64,000 nucleotides of DNA from Octopus sinensis. Lineage: Eukaryota. A program made the translations under genes and the position numbers. Where the stretch lies: positions 124,001 to 188,000 of the forward strand of contig NW_021835988.1 of the NCBI RefSeq assembly GCF_006345805.1, given 5' to 3'. Position 1 is the stretch's first letter; each line of letters begins with the position of its first letter. The notes under the pieces were generated by a model. That model was not told the origin of the DNA, made no database searches, and saw only the letters and a program-made list of their open reading frames with translations. This document shows, one piece after another, positions 38,281 through 49,463 of this stretch.

Positions 38281-39360
38281 CTAGAAGTCCGGGAAGCGAG
38301 CGTCTACGCGTCTGCAGGCTCGCTCCCACCGTGAACTTTCAAGTTCGCGGATTTCTCTTCTGATCCCCCTCTGAAGCCGGCTAATCCAGCCACGAAACCA
38401 AACACGGTTTTCCTCGTAAACGCATTTGTCCCGTAGTCTGGATAGCCGGCGCTTAAACTTAATTTTATTTAAGACCCGGTATGGGAGCGTGGAATGTGAC
38501 TTACCCTGCACTGAGTTCTGTTTGAAATTATCTCGCATATAATTAGTCAGGGCAGCATTGATTCCATTATCTAACGCCTCCAACTCACGTATATTGGCAC
38601 AGGTATTCCCCACCAGAAGTGAGGGCAACCTGCTGGCCATGAACCTCTCCAGGTTGGCCCAAGAACCCGACCGGAGGTCGAAGTATCCCGGAACCCTTTG
38701 AGGGACTGGCTCGCGGAGTTCGTGCAATAGAGGCAGATGGTCGCTTCCAATATCGGGCAATAAAATTGTTTTACTAACCCAATTTAGCATTCCAGGACTG
38801 ACCAGAGCAAGCCCTAGCCAGTCTAGTCCGCCTCGCGAATCGATGTGGTTTGGCTCACTTGAAGTCCGGATTTCCAGCCCGAGGTCTTCAACCAGCGTCT
38901 TCAGAGCCAAACCATGCGCGTTGGTTACCCTGAAACCAAGCTCTATGTGCTTGGCATTCAGGTCTCCAACAACCATCGCCTTCGGATGCTTTCCAAAGAA
39001 CTCCCGTACGTGCCAGGAACACGCCGTAAAGTTCTTCGAATACATCGCCCCTAGGTAAAATGTAAGGTTACCTATACGAATCCTTACTTGAAGGAATTCG
39101 CATAGGCTACAAGAACATAAACCTGAACTTTGCAAAGCGAGGTACGGCTTGTAGAAGAGGCTCGTTCCCGTGCCACATATTGACCCCTGTTTCCAGGGTA
39201 TGTGACAACAGTTGTAGCCATCAACTACGTACGGACCCCCCTTTACCTTCGTTTCGTTGACCACCAGAATGTCCGCACTCGTGGTGGCCAACATCCTCTG
39301 AACGGCGTCTCCTTTACCGGACAAGGAGCGCGCGTTCACCGATATAATGTTGAGCATCAT
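38281..39360 (-). CDS. LINE ORF2 APE endonuclease portion, left copy (ends at an in-frame TAG)
   Basis: ISVNARSL, VVNETK, VVGDLNAKH, GSDHLPL. Confidence 0.9.
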   Translation of the reverse strand: MMLNIISVNARSLSGKGDAVQRMLATTSADILVVNETKVKGGPYVVDGYNCCHIPWKQGSICGTGTSLFYKPYLALQSSGLCSCSLCEFLQVRIRIGNLTFYLGAMYSKNFTACSWHVREFFGKHPKAMVVGDLNAKHIELGFRVTNAHGLALKTLVEDLGLEIRTSSEPNHIDSRGGLDWLGLALVSPGMLNWVSKTILLPDIGSDHLPLLHELREPVPQRVPGYFDLRSGSWANLERFMASRLPSLLVGNTCANIRELEALDNGINAALTNYMRDNFKQNSVQGKSHSTLPYRVLNKIKFKRRLSRLRDKCVYEENRVWFRGWISRLQRGIRREIRELESSRWERACRRVDARFPDF

Positions 39361-40762
39361 ATCGGTTCCTCGCCAAGGATCTTCTTGGCCTCAGCCATGT
39401 TGCAATGTAGCATATCTGCTACACTGCACTTTGTCGCCCTACATAATTTTAGTAGGCGCACACACAACTGCACCTCAGGACTAATGGTGTCCTGGGAAGC
39501 ACGCTCACCAGGGGGGGAGTGCGGTGGCATTTCCACGTATGGAGGACGCCTTTTCCCCCCTAGGTTTTGCTGGGCGGTATCACCTGTAGCCCACTCGGAA
39601 GGCTTAGCACGCTTCGGCATCCGAACTGACTCGGATGTTATTAGCGGCTCAGCCGACTTTGTCGGCGAAGGTGGTACCGACCCGCTCGCAATGTGGCTTG
39701 CAGGCTTCACAGGCCTCGCCACCGAAGCAGTCTTGGGTGGTTTGGACTGCTTTGCCCGCTTGCCAGGTTGTGGCCCACTAACTGCGACGCTAGCCGCGCG
39801 ACTTACCTTCGAGATTACACCCGCACCTACCTTTCGCGTTGCCTCCTTGAACTTGGGGCAACCTTTGAAGTTGGCACTGTGTTCCAACTTACCGCAGTTG
39901 ACACAGTACCTCTTCGTAGGTGGCGAGGGGAATGCCTTGCGACCATGCTCGCCACCGCAGGTCAAGCACTTCGCCTTCTCAGGACACCTCGTGCTTATGT
40001 GCCCGAAGCCCTGACACCGAAAGCATTGGGTGGCTTTCGGGCGGGGCCGGACAGCACGAAGCCTAACGTAGCCGACCCTCGTACCCAGCAGTATGAGGCG
40101 CTCGGCTTCCGCAGGAGATCCCAGCGTAACCTCCACCACTTCAAGAGGCCGGTAACCTTGCTTGAAGCGTGCAATGGCAGAGGTACTGGGATACTCCCGC
40201 TGCAGGTGCTCTAAAAGGTCGTTATCCTCAAAGTCCCGGGGACCCCAAGGAGGAGGACTCTTACCTGCCCTACCTTGCGTTCGAACCTGACAAGCCGATG
40301 CATGCCAGGACCGAACGGGATGGACTTTTCCAGCTCCCCTTCAAAGCTGCAAAAGTTCTCAGACTTCTCCCACCCAAGCAGGAATTGGGTGGGCTCCCTC
40401 TTCAGGACTCGATACCGCTTAGACGGCTGTATCGAGTCCAAGATCCCTAAGATTTTAACGACTGAGGCCTTTCCACAGGTGGGAAAGACCTCTAGTCGTG
40501 CTACAACGCCAAAGGTAATTCTACCCCCGGCGCGAGCGGTCTTCTTCGACGGCGGATCCATCTCCGAAGACGAATTGCGAGAACCTAAGTTGTTAGAAAT
40601 TGGACGGCAAGCGACTCGTTTAGGTTTCCCAACGGTACGCCAGCCGTCCTCATGGGCTACCTGAGCAGGTTCTACCACATCCCCTTCTGTTCGGGATGGC
40701 TTTGCACCCCTTTTTTCTGCTTTAAGATTGTCATTTTTGCGCATCACAGGAAAAACGACCAT
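39357..40762 (-). pseudogene. LINE ORF1 (gag-like), left copy, 1-nt frameshift at ~40240
   Basis: Nearly identical to the 468-aa ORF at 43950-45356 but split into 183 and 260 aa by a G4 versus G5 run. Confidence 0.9.
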
Positions 40763-41340
40763 GCTTGCACGCTACAATTTATTTATTAGTTCACCTCCCA
40801 TGAAGATTTTGTCCCCAGGCTTGCGGAGGAAGTTTTCCGTCTTTAGACCAAGAGGACCCGACGTCTCCACCGCTATCGGCATCACGAAAAAATCATCCGT
40901 AAGGGCAGAACATTTGGTTAGGTTTAAATCTTCAGCCTTCTTAGCAGCAGATTTAGCCTCCAGAGCAGAGGAAGTTAGCTGTGAAGCAAAAAATGTATCC
41001 CAACAGGTTGCGTCCCATACGATAACTTTTCCGATTTTAAAAAGAAATAAGGTCATCCGTCAGGACGTTTCCCGTCATGGTTTGAGGACCGAACGAAATC
41101 CCGACGAATTAAGGAGTCTTTAAATGATCGCATCTTTTTAAATAACAGTAATCAAAAAAAGTGAAAAAGCCTGCAGAACAGACACAAAAAATAGTATATT
41201 TTAAGATAATTGGACCAATTTTGGAAAGGAATTTTTTATTTTAAAATAAAAGGCTGTTAGTGAGGGTATAATTAAGACCTTCGGCATTTCTGCCTTTTCA
41301 GTCCCGCACACACGCTCGCCTCTCAGCCGCAAACTAAGAC

Positions 41341-42867
41341 TTACCGTCTTACCTGCCACCCAGACATTATCTTTTCTAAGACCTCAGGGAGGCCTTTGAG
41401 GGACAATTCCTGGGTGTCTGTGAGCTCCACTCGCCATCCTAAGCCATGGGCTAGCCGGATGGCTCGTCTTCTGACTTTCTTGAGCGCGTCAACGTACTTC
41501 TCTCGGTCCTCACAGAAGTGCCAGGCATGTACGCCATAGGTCAACACGGGTAACACCATGGCGTTAAACACACGTAGGCAAGCACCTCTCCGCAGCCGGA
41601 AAGCACGCAACGCGCCTAATCGCTGCATTGCACGCATTTTCGTACGTGCAATGTGATCATCAAACTTACCGGACGGCTTAAAGAGCACGCCCAAATAAGT
41701 CATCCGATCAACTGCAGCAATTGCTGACCCGTTCAGCAATAACCTAGGGGCGTAATTAGTGTAACCCCTCGTCCTTTTACAGACTATGAGAACACTGCAC
41801 TTATCCGCACGCATCTTTAGACCCCTACTCCCACACCAGTTTACAAGTCCATCCACAGCAACCTGTAGCCTACGGCACGCACACTCAGGTTTCATCGAGT
41901 GATCCCAGAGGATGATGTCGTCTGCATAAATTACCATTTCAGTACGAGCATTGACTGGCATGGGCGCAGATGCCGTAAAGACATTAAAAAGCGTGGGACT
42001 CAGCACAGGGCCCTGAGGGACCCCGCGAAGGACTGTTCTGACTTTAGAAAAGACCCCCTGATGCCGCACGACCTGTCCGCGAGATTCAAGGAACCCCGAC
42101 AGCCAGCGCCTTAGACACGGAGAAACCCCACACGTGGCGAGGGAGCCCCGGAGGCCGTCGTGCCACACCGAGTCGAAGGCCTTTTCAATGTCAAGACTAA
42201 CTAGCATACCGCATTCCTTCTTCTGGAGGGCGCACTTCATCTCAGAAGACACCTTCCATAGGCAGTCTCCACACGAACGACCCTCCCTGAAGCCCCATTG
42301 GAACTCAGGGAGGGCATCAACCACCGTCAGCTCCTCCAGGAGCCTTCGGTGCACGATCCTTTCTAAAATTTTAGATACAGCGGGAAGCAAGGAAATAGGT
42401 CTGTATCCCCCAGGGACATCATGTGGCATCCTGGGTTTTTCAATAAGGATTACCTCAGCCACTTTCCATCTAGAGGGAATCATCCCAAGTCGCAAGCTCC
42501 CGCTAAACAAGACTTGTAAGGCGGTGATCAACAACGGCGGGGCCTTCTTAAAGATGGCCATAGGGATCCGATCCAGACCCGCCGCAGTGTTCTTACTTCG
42601 GGAGATCGCTGCCAGAATCTCCGCTTCGGAAATATCGCCTGCATCGTTCCTTGATATGCCCAGCTGGCAGCGCTTGTCCCACGACAATATCTGCTGGACA
42701 GTATCAAAGGACGATGTCTCCACGAACTGACTTCCGTCACTTCCAGAGATGTTATCGAGGTGGGTCGAAAATATTTCAGCCACCTCAACCGGGTCCGAAA
42801 CGAGGGTTCCATCAGAGCGTTTATGGCGCACTGAATTGGCTACCCCTCTCCCCGACAGGCTCTTCAA
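41341..42867 (-). CDS. LINE reverse transcriptase, middle copy (508 aa, no RNase H)
   Basis: All RT motifs present, including GVPQGPVLSPTLF, YADD and YLGV. In frame with the APE ORF but separated from it by TAG. Confidence 0.93.
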   Translation of the reverse strand: MKSLSGRGVANSVRHKRSDGTLVSDPVEVAEIFSTHLDNISGSDGSQFVETSSFDTVQQILSWDKRCQLGISRNDAGDISEAEILAAISRSKNTAAGLDRIPMAIFKKAPPLLITALQVLFSGSLRLGMIPSRWKVAEVILIEKPRMPHDVPGGYRPISLLPAVSKILERIVHRRLLEELTVVDALPEFQWGFREGRSCGDCLWKVSSEMKCALQKKECGMLVSLDIEKAFDSVWHDGLRGSLATCGVSPCLRRWLSGFLESRGQVVRHQGVFSKVRTVLRGVPQGPVLSPTLFNVFTASAPMPVNARTEMVIYADDIILWDHSMKPECACRRLQVAVDGLVNWCGSRGLKMRADKCSVLIVCKRTRGYTNYAPRLLLNGSAIAAVDRMTYLGVLFKPSGKFDDHIARTKMRAMQRLGALRAFRLRRGACLRVFNAMVLPVLTYGVHAWHFCEDREKYVDALKKVRRRAIRLAHGLGWRVELTDTQELSLKGLPEVLEKIMSGWQVRR

Positions 42868-42873
42868 CTGTTT

Positions 42874-43953
42874 CTAGAAGTCCGGGAAGCGAGCGTCTAC
42901 GCGTCTGCAGGCTCGCTCCCACCGTGAACTTTCAAGTTCGCGGATTTCTCTTCTGATCCCCCTCTGAAGCCGGCTAATCCAGCCACGAAACCAAACACGG
43001 TTTTCCTCGTAAACGCATTTGTCCCGTAGTCTGGATAGCCGGCGCTTAAACTTAATTTTATTTAAGACCCGGTATGGGAGCGTGGAATGTGACTTACCCT
43101 GCACTGAGTTCTGTTTGAAATTATCTCGCATATAATTAGTCAGGGCAGCATTGATTCCATTATCTAACGCCTCCAACTCACGTATATTGGCACAGGTATT
43201 CCCCACCAGAAGTGAGGGCAACCTGCTGGCCATGAACCTCTCCAGGTTGGCCCAAGAACCCGACCGGAGGTCGAAGTATCCCGGAACCCTTTGAGGGACT
43301 GGCTCGCGGAGTTCGTGCAATAGAGGCAGATGGTCGCTTCCAATATCGGGCAATAAAATTGTTTTACTAACCCAATTTAGCATTCCAGGACTGACCAGAG
43401 CAAGCCCTAGCCAGTCTAGTCCGCCTCGCGAATCGATGTGGTTTGGCTCACTTGAAGTCCGGATTTCCAGCCCGAGGTCTTCAACCAGCGTCTTCAGAGC
43501 CAAACCATGCGCGTTGGTTACCCTGAAACCAAGCTCTATGTGCTTGGCATTCAGGTCTCCAACAACCATCGCCTTCGGATGCTTTCCAAAGAACTCCCGT
43601 ACGTGCCAGGAACACGCCGTAAAGTTCTTCGAATACATCGCCCCTAGGTAAAATGTAAGGTTACCTATACGAATCCTTACTTGAAGGAATTCGCATAGGC
43701 TACAAGAACATAAACCTGAACTTTGCAAAGCGAGGTACGGCTTGTAGAAGAGGCTCGTTCCCGTGCCACATATTGACCCCTGTTTCCAGGGTATGTGACA
43801 ACAGTTGTAGCCATCAACTACGTACGGACCCCCCTTTACCTTCGTTTCGTTGACCACCAGAATGTCCGCACTCGTGGTGGCCAACATCCTCTGAACGGCG
43901 TCTCCTTTACCGGACAAGGAGCGCGCGTTCACCGATATAATGTTGAGCATCAT
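42874..43953 (-). CDS. LINE ORF2 APE endonuclease portion, middle copy
   Basis: Same protein as the left copy; ATG overlaps the ORF1 stop (ATGA). Confidence 0.9.
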   Translation of the reverse strand: MMLNIISVNARSLSGKGDAVQRMLATTSADILVVNETKVKGGPYVVDGYNCCHIPWKQGSICGTGTSLFYKPYLALQSSGLCSCSLCEFLQVRIRIGNLTFYLGAMYSKNFTACSWHVREFFGKHPKAMVVGDLNAKHIELGFRVTNAHGLALKTLVEDLGLEIRTSSEPNHIDSRGGLDWLGLALVSPGMLNWVSKTILLPDIGSDHLPLLHELREPVPQRVPGYFDLRSGSWANLERFMASRLPSLLVGNTCANIRELEALDNGINAALTNYMRDNFKQNSVQGKSHSTLPYRVLNKIKFKRRLSRLRDKCVYEENRVWFRGWISRLQRGIRREIRELESSRWERACRRVDARFPDF

Positions 43954-45356
43954 ATCGGTTCCTCGCCAAGGATCTTCTTGGCCTCAGCCATGTTGCAATG
44001 TAGCATATCTGCTACACTGCACTTTGTCGCCCTACATAATTTTAGTAGGCGCACACACAACTGCACCTCAGGACTAATGGTGTCCTGGGAAGCACGCTCA
44101 CCAGGGGGGGAGTGCGGTGGCATTTCCACGTATGGAGGACGCCTTTTCCCCCCTAGGTTTTGCTGGGCGGTATCACCTGTAGCCCACTCGGAAGGCTTAG
44201 CACGCTTCGGCATCCGAACTGACTCGGATGTTATTAGCGGCTCAGCCGACTTTGTCGGCGAAGGTGGTACCGACCCGCTCGCAATGTGGCTTGCAGGCTT
44301 CACAGGCCTCGCCACCGAAGCAGTCTTGGGTGGTTTGGACTGCTTTGCCCGCTTGCCAGGTTGTGGCCCACTAACTGCGACGCTAGCCGCGCGACTTACC
44401 TTCGAGATTACACCCGCACCTACCTTTCGCGTTGCCTCCTTGAACTTGGGGCAACCTTTGAAGTTGGCACTGTGTTCCAACTTACCGCAGTTGACACAGT
44501 ACCTCTTCGTAGGTGGCGAGGGGAATGCCTTGCGACCATGCTCGCCACCGCAGGTCAAGCACTTCGCCTTCTCAGGACACCTCGTGCTTATGTGCCCGAA
44601 GCCCTGACACCGAAAGCATTGGGTGGCTTTCGGGCGGGGCCGGACAGCACGAAGCCTAACGTAGCCGACCCTCGTACCCAGCAGTATGAGGCGCTCGGCT
44701 TCCGCAGGAGATCCCAGCGTAACCTCCACCACTTCAAGAGGCCGGTAACCTTGCTTGAAGCGTGCAATGGCAGAGGTACTGGGGTACTCCCGCTGCAGGT
44801 GCTCTAAAAGGTCGTTATCCTCAAAGTCCCGGGGGACCCCAAGGAGGAGGACTCTTACCTGCCCTACCTTGCGTTCGAACCTGACAAGCCGATGCATGCC
44901 AGGACCGAACGGGATGGACTTTTCCAGCTCCCTTTCGAAACTGAAAAAGTCCTCAGACTTCTCCCACCCAAGCAGGAATTGGGTGGGCTCCCTCTTCAGG
45001 ACTCGATACCGCTTAGACGGCTGTATCGAGTCCAAGATCCCTAAGATTTTAACGACTGAGGCCTTTCCACAGGTGGGAAAGACCTCTAGTCGTGCTACAA
45101 CGCCAAAGGTAATTCTACCCCCGGCGCGAGCGGTCTTCTTCGACGGCGGATCCATCTCCGAAGACGAATTGCGAGAACCTAAGTTGTTAGAAATTGGACG
45201 GCAAGCGACTCGTTTAGGTTTCCCAACGGTACGCCAGCCGTCCTCATGGGCTACCTGAGCAGGTTCTACCACATCCCCTTCTGTTCGGGATGGCTTTGCA
45301 CCCCTTTTTTCTGCTTTAAGATTGTCATTTTTGCGCATCACAGGAAAAACGACCAT
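43950..45356 (-). CDS. LINE ORF1 gag-like nucleic-acid-binding protein (468 aa)
   Basis: Three CCHC-type knuckles: CFRCQGFGHISTRC, CLTCGGEHGRKAF (last Cys replaced by Phe) and CVNCGKLEHSANFKGC. Typical of I/Jockey-group ORF1. Confidence 0.9.
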   Translation of the reverse strand: MVVFPVMRKNDNLKAEKRGAKPSRTEGDVVEPAQVAHEDGWRTVGKPKRVACRPISNNLGSRNSSSEMDPPSKKTARAGGRITFGVVARLEVFPTCGKASVVKILGILDSIQPSKRYRVLKREPTQFLLGWEKSEDFFSFERELEKSIPFGPGMHRLVRFERKVGQVRVLLLGVPRDFEDNDLLEHLQREYPSTSAIARFKQGYRPLEVVEVTLGSPAEAERLILLGTRVGYVRLRAVRPRPKATQCFRCQGFGHISTRCPEKAKCLTCGGEHGRKAFPSPPTKRYCVNCGKLEHSANFKGCPKFKEATRKVGAGVISKVSRAASVAVSGPQPGKRAKQSKPPKTASVARPVKPASHIASGSVPPSPTKSAEPLITSESVRMPKRAKPSEWATGDTAQQNLGGKRRPPYVEMPPHSPPGERASQDTISPEVQLCVRLLKLCRATKCSVADMLHCNMAEAKKILGEEPI

Positions 45357-47084
45357 GCTTGCACGCTACAATTTATTTATTAGTTCACCTCCCATGAAGA
45401 TTTTGTCCCCAGGCTTGCGGAGGAAGTTTTCCGTCTTTAGACCAAGAGGACCCGACGTCTCCACCGCTATCGGCATCACGAAAAAATCATCCGTAAGGGC
45501 AGAACATTTGGTTAGGTTTAAATCTTCAGCCTTCTTAGCAGCAGATTTAGCCTCCAGAGCAGAGGAAGTTAGCTGTGAAGCAAAAAATGTATCCCAACAG
45601 GTTGCGTCCCATACGATAACTTTTCCGATTTTAAAAAGAAATAAGGTCATCCGTCAGGACGTTTCCCGTCATGGTTTGAGGACCGAACGAAATCCCGACG
45701 AATTAAGGAGTCTTTAAATGATCGCATCTTTTTAAATAACAGTAATCAAAAAAAGTGAAAAAGCCTGCAGAACAGACACAAAAAATAGTATATTTTAAGA
45801 TAATTGGACCAATTTTGGAAAGGAATTTTTTATTTTAAAATAAAAGGCTGTTAGTGAGGGTATAATTAAGACCTTCGGCATTTCTGCCTTTTCAGTCCCG
45901 CACACACGCTCGCCTCTCAGCCGCAAACTAAGACTTACCGTCTTACCTGCCACCCAGACATTATCTTTTCTAAGACCTCAGGGAGGCCTTTGAGGGACAA
46001 TTCCTGGGTGTCTGTGAGCTCCACTCGCCATCCTAAGCCATGGGCTAGCCGGATGGCTCGTCTTCTGACTTTCTTGAGCGCGTCAACGTACTTCTCTCGC
46101 TCCTCACAAAAGTGCCAGGCATGTACGCCATAGGTCAACACGGGTAACACCATGGCGTTAAACACACGTAGCCAAGCACCTCTCCCAGCCGGAAAGCACG
46201 CAACGCGCCTAATCGCTGCATTGAACGCATTTTCGTACGTGCAATGTGATCATCAAACTTACCGGACGGCTTAAAGAGCACGCCCAAATAAGTCATCCGA
46301 TCAACTGCAGCAATTGCTGACCCGTTCAGCAATAACCTAGGGGCGTAATTAGTGTAACCCCTCGTCCTTTTACAGACTTTGAGAACACTGCACTTATCCG
46401 CACGCATCTTTAGACCCCTACTCCCACACCAGTTTACAAGTCCATCCACAGCAACCTGTAGCCTACGGCATGCATACTCAGGTTTCATCGAGTGATCCCA
46501 GAGGATGATGTCGTCTGCATAAATTACCATTTCAGTACGAGCATTGACTGGCATGGGCGCAGATGCCATAAAGAAATTAAAAAGCGTGGGACTCAGCACA
46601 GAGCCCTGAGGGACCCCGCGAAGGACTGTTCTGACTTTAGAAAAGAACCCCTGATGCCGCACGACCTGTCCGCGAGATTCAAGGAACCCCGACAGGCAGC
46701 GCCTTAGACACGGAGAAACCCCACACGTGGCGAGGGAGCTCCGGAGGCCGTCGTGCCACACCGAGTCGAAGGCCTTTTAAAAAAGAAAGTAAAAAAGTAA
46801 AATAGCCTGCAGAACAGACACAAAAAATACTATATTTTAAGGTAATTGGACCAATTTGGGCTATTTTGCTTAGTTCATAAAACAATTTAAGAAATTTAAT
46901 AACTGGATAAATTTATTATCGCTTTAAAAATATCCTTTTATGTCTAATTAACATTTAATATTTTAAAAATTTGAATAAAAACATTGAAAGAATTTAACAA
47001 ATAAATAATTATAATTTAAAACCTAAAGATAACTGAGTTTAAAAGAACGCCTTTTCATTATTCTTTATAATCATTTTCAGTTGA

Positions 47085-47940
47085 ATGTACTTCTATTTTT
47101 GACAATTTTTTAGACCGTTTTCATATGTGAATTCCCTTTGAGAAAATTTGATATTTTTTTGCCAAAGTTATGTCGGAATGTAATATATAGTAGAGATGAA
47201 AATCCAGATTCACATAGCAAAGTTGTTGCATATGGTATCAGAACTTGCAGTGCTTTCTTTGAAGTTTCGGGAACACTTCTTGCAAACCGCATCAAAAAAC
47301 TTCCAAAGAGTTTGAGTTGTACAACATTTTCTGTTATGTTGATGCTTGCAATTCAATCAAATCGTCTTTAACTTCGTTTCTATCATGCATCTTTTCCATT
47401 TTGAAAACAAATGGATTAACGATCCAGGTATCAGAATCACTAGCAACTTTATCCAACGTTGGAAAAATGGCAAAATTATTGTCTTGGATACGGCGAGTCT
47501 ATAACAAAAGTTTATTCCTGAAGGGATTTATATTGTCAGAAGCATTAATAATGCTTATGCCTTTCCCTTGAATTAAAAAATTCAACTTGTTAAGGTGATT
47601 GAAAATGTCAGCCAAATATGCCACAAAAATAACAAAATCAGGAGATTTGAAACAGTCAAATAGTTCAGAGTTTTTTTCAAATAAAAATTGCTTGATTTCA
47701 AGTCTGAGAATATAAAATCTTGTTAAGGCACGACCTCTTTAAAGCCATCTAACATCAGTATGATACAAAAGAACAGTGGCGTCAGCATCATAATCAATAC
47801 ATAATGTTTTGAACAATTTATGATTCAAAGCTCTTCCTCGAATAGTATTTGTGACTTGAGTATCAAATTTTTAAAGATTACTGGAAAATATATTTTGGGA
47901 AGATTTTTTTAGGCAGACTAGACTTGTAAAAAATCGAGCA
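47085..47940 (-). pseudogene. Decayed hAT transposase 3' half (Buster/ZBED8-like)
   Basis: LFCIILMLDGFKEVVP (degraded HT.VRWL region), YLADIFNHLNKLNFLIQG, WIVNPF, IPYATTLLCESGFSSL. Confidence 0.8.
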
Positions 47941-48129
47941 TTTTACAATAATCAATGAAAAGTATTGTAGATTTACGATTAATGAAAATGTTGTATTTTA
48001 AATCATAAAATCATCTGACATGAGTGATTTTAAACTCCCATTTGTTAAATACTTTCTTGAATTATTATGAGTTTTTACTCTTATTTAAGATCTACACCAA
48101 TTTTTGTTGGCATACTATAAACTAAATAA

Positions 48130-48985
48130 ACTATTTCACTAATCACGTTGTTCTGATGCCTAACAAAGTCAGAGTCAGGCGATAGTTGAAAGATTTAATC
48201 AAACAATCACAAGGATTTTATCCAAATTGATGGCTTCGGATGATAAAAAAGAGCGGATAAAACACATTTGAAATGCTGTGTTTTTGTACAATCAGAGAGC
48301 TCATTGATCCACTTGTAAATTGGATTTGTTATTTTTAGGCGTTAGTCCATTCCAAAGATATCGTGGTATTCATGGATTTAACACTGTTGTTGAATTAGGT
48401 GTTGAGGAAAATCCAAAAAGTTTTGATATGGAAGAATTGGAAGTTGTAAAAAATCCCGACATTTATAATAAAGGTTTTTTATTCTTATTTATTAGTAAAG
48501 ATGATGAGTACCAGTTTAATTTTGAAAGGATGAATTTGCAGTCTTCATATTATAGAAGAATGAATAGGAATAGAAATTGTCAAGTCTATAAATTTTCACG
48601 TCCTTTAAAAGGTTAAGCATTTTTTATTGTAGATTGGAGATATAAATCACCATGTTTTTGCTTCCTGTCCTAATGAACGGTTTCAGATAGATCTTATAGA
48701 CTTAAAAAGATTTTCAACTGTTAATCATGATTTTAAATGCATTTTAGCGGTCATTTATGTCTATAGCAGGTTGGTTAGTTAAAAGAATCATTATAGATTT
48801 GCCTTCCCCAGGCCTCTTTATAATAAGTCAGGCAAAGAAGTATCGGAAAGTTTAAAATCATTATTTTATTTAAACGGCCCATGTCAAATTCTCCAGTCAG
48901 ATAATGGATCTGAGTTTAAGAATCAGGAAATAAAGAAAATTTGTTTTGATTTTAAAATCAAACAAATTCACGGAAAATTTGACGA
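48130..48985 (+). mobile_element. Ginger-like integrase remnants, with a 21-nt intron (48612-48632)
   Basis: QSQAIVERFNQTITR, then CQVYKFSRPLK/IGDINHHVFASCPNERFQIDLIDLKRFS..ILAVI.VYSR..GPCQILQSDNGSEFKN..QIHG. Confidence 0.75.
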
Positions 48986-49300
48986 CATTGGATGGAGAAA
49001 GGGAAACTTCCCAGCAGGTTTGGAGGTATTGGATTTCGCTCGCCAAAGAACCTGGCCTCGCAAGGATATTTTTCTCCGATCTGTAGCAGCCTTTATCTGG
49101 CCAATGAGATTATACTCTCCTACAACGAACTCTCATTGGACTTACCAGCTGACATTTTACCGAATTTCTGTACCGATGCCAACCTACCCCTTTCGTCTGA
49201 AATGTGCGGGCCACGTATGTGGCGTGAAACTCGTTCAAGAAGTTGAAACCACAGCCAGACTAACACCGGCTCGCGTGGCTGCTCTCGGCCGCACACCCTC
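48985..49300 (+). mobile_element. CRE-clade fragment (post-RT region)
   Basis: GWRKGKLPSRFGGIGFRSPKNLA resembles the W.QA.LP.R.GGLG motif of CRE elements. Confidence 0.6.
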
Positions 49301-49301
49301 A

Positions 49302-49463
49302 TGAATGTACTATTTTGACAATTTTTTAGACCGTTTTCATATGTGAATTCCCTTTGAGAAAATTTGATATTTTTTACCAAAGTTATGTCGGAATATAGTA
49401 GAGATGAAAATCTAGATTCGCATAGCAAAGTAATTGCATATGGTATCAGAACTTGCAGTGCTT
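49302..49463 (-). repeat. Direct duplicate (~160 bp) of the hAT 3' segment at 47082-47255
   Basis: Shared GACAATTTTTTAGACCGTTTTCATATGTGAATTCCCTTTGAG...GGTATCAGAACTTGCAGTGCTT with small indels. Confidence 0.9.

Larger units (their letters stand above)
36170..46778 (-). repeat. Head-to-tail array of a ~4.59-kb unit (I/Jockey-like LINE + spacer + decayed CRE REL fragment): two full units and one 5'-truncated unit
   Basis: Anchor AGTTCACCTCCCATG at 36235, 40788 and 45382 (periods 4553 and 4594). The 41-bp difference equals a 39-bp RT deletion plus two 1-bp deletions in the left copy. The third LINE copy stops at 46778. Confidence 0.95.

Noticed and set aside
36170-45720. Dual-endonuclease (APE plus REL, Dualen-like) retrotransposon
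   Set aside because: The REL fragment is about 200 nt beyond the RT stop, lacks its zinc-knuckle start, has internal deletions and frameshifts, and matches the separate CRE families. It is a passenger, not a domain of ORF2.
36787-46778. Long + strand ORFs (198, 270, 173, 167, 131 aa) over the LINE array, and similar antisense ORFs over CRE and Raptor
   Set aside because: Shadows of GC-richer coding sequence on the opposite strand, with no recognisable motifs.
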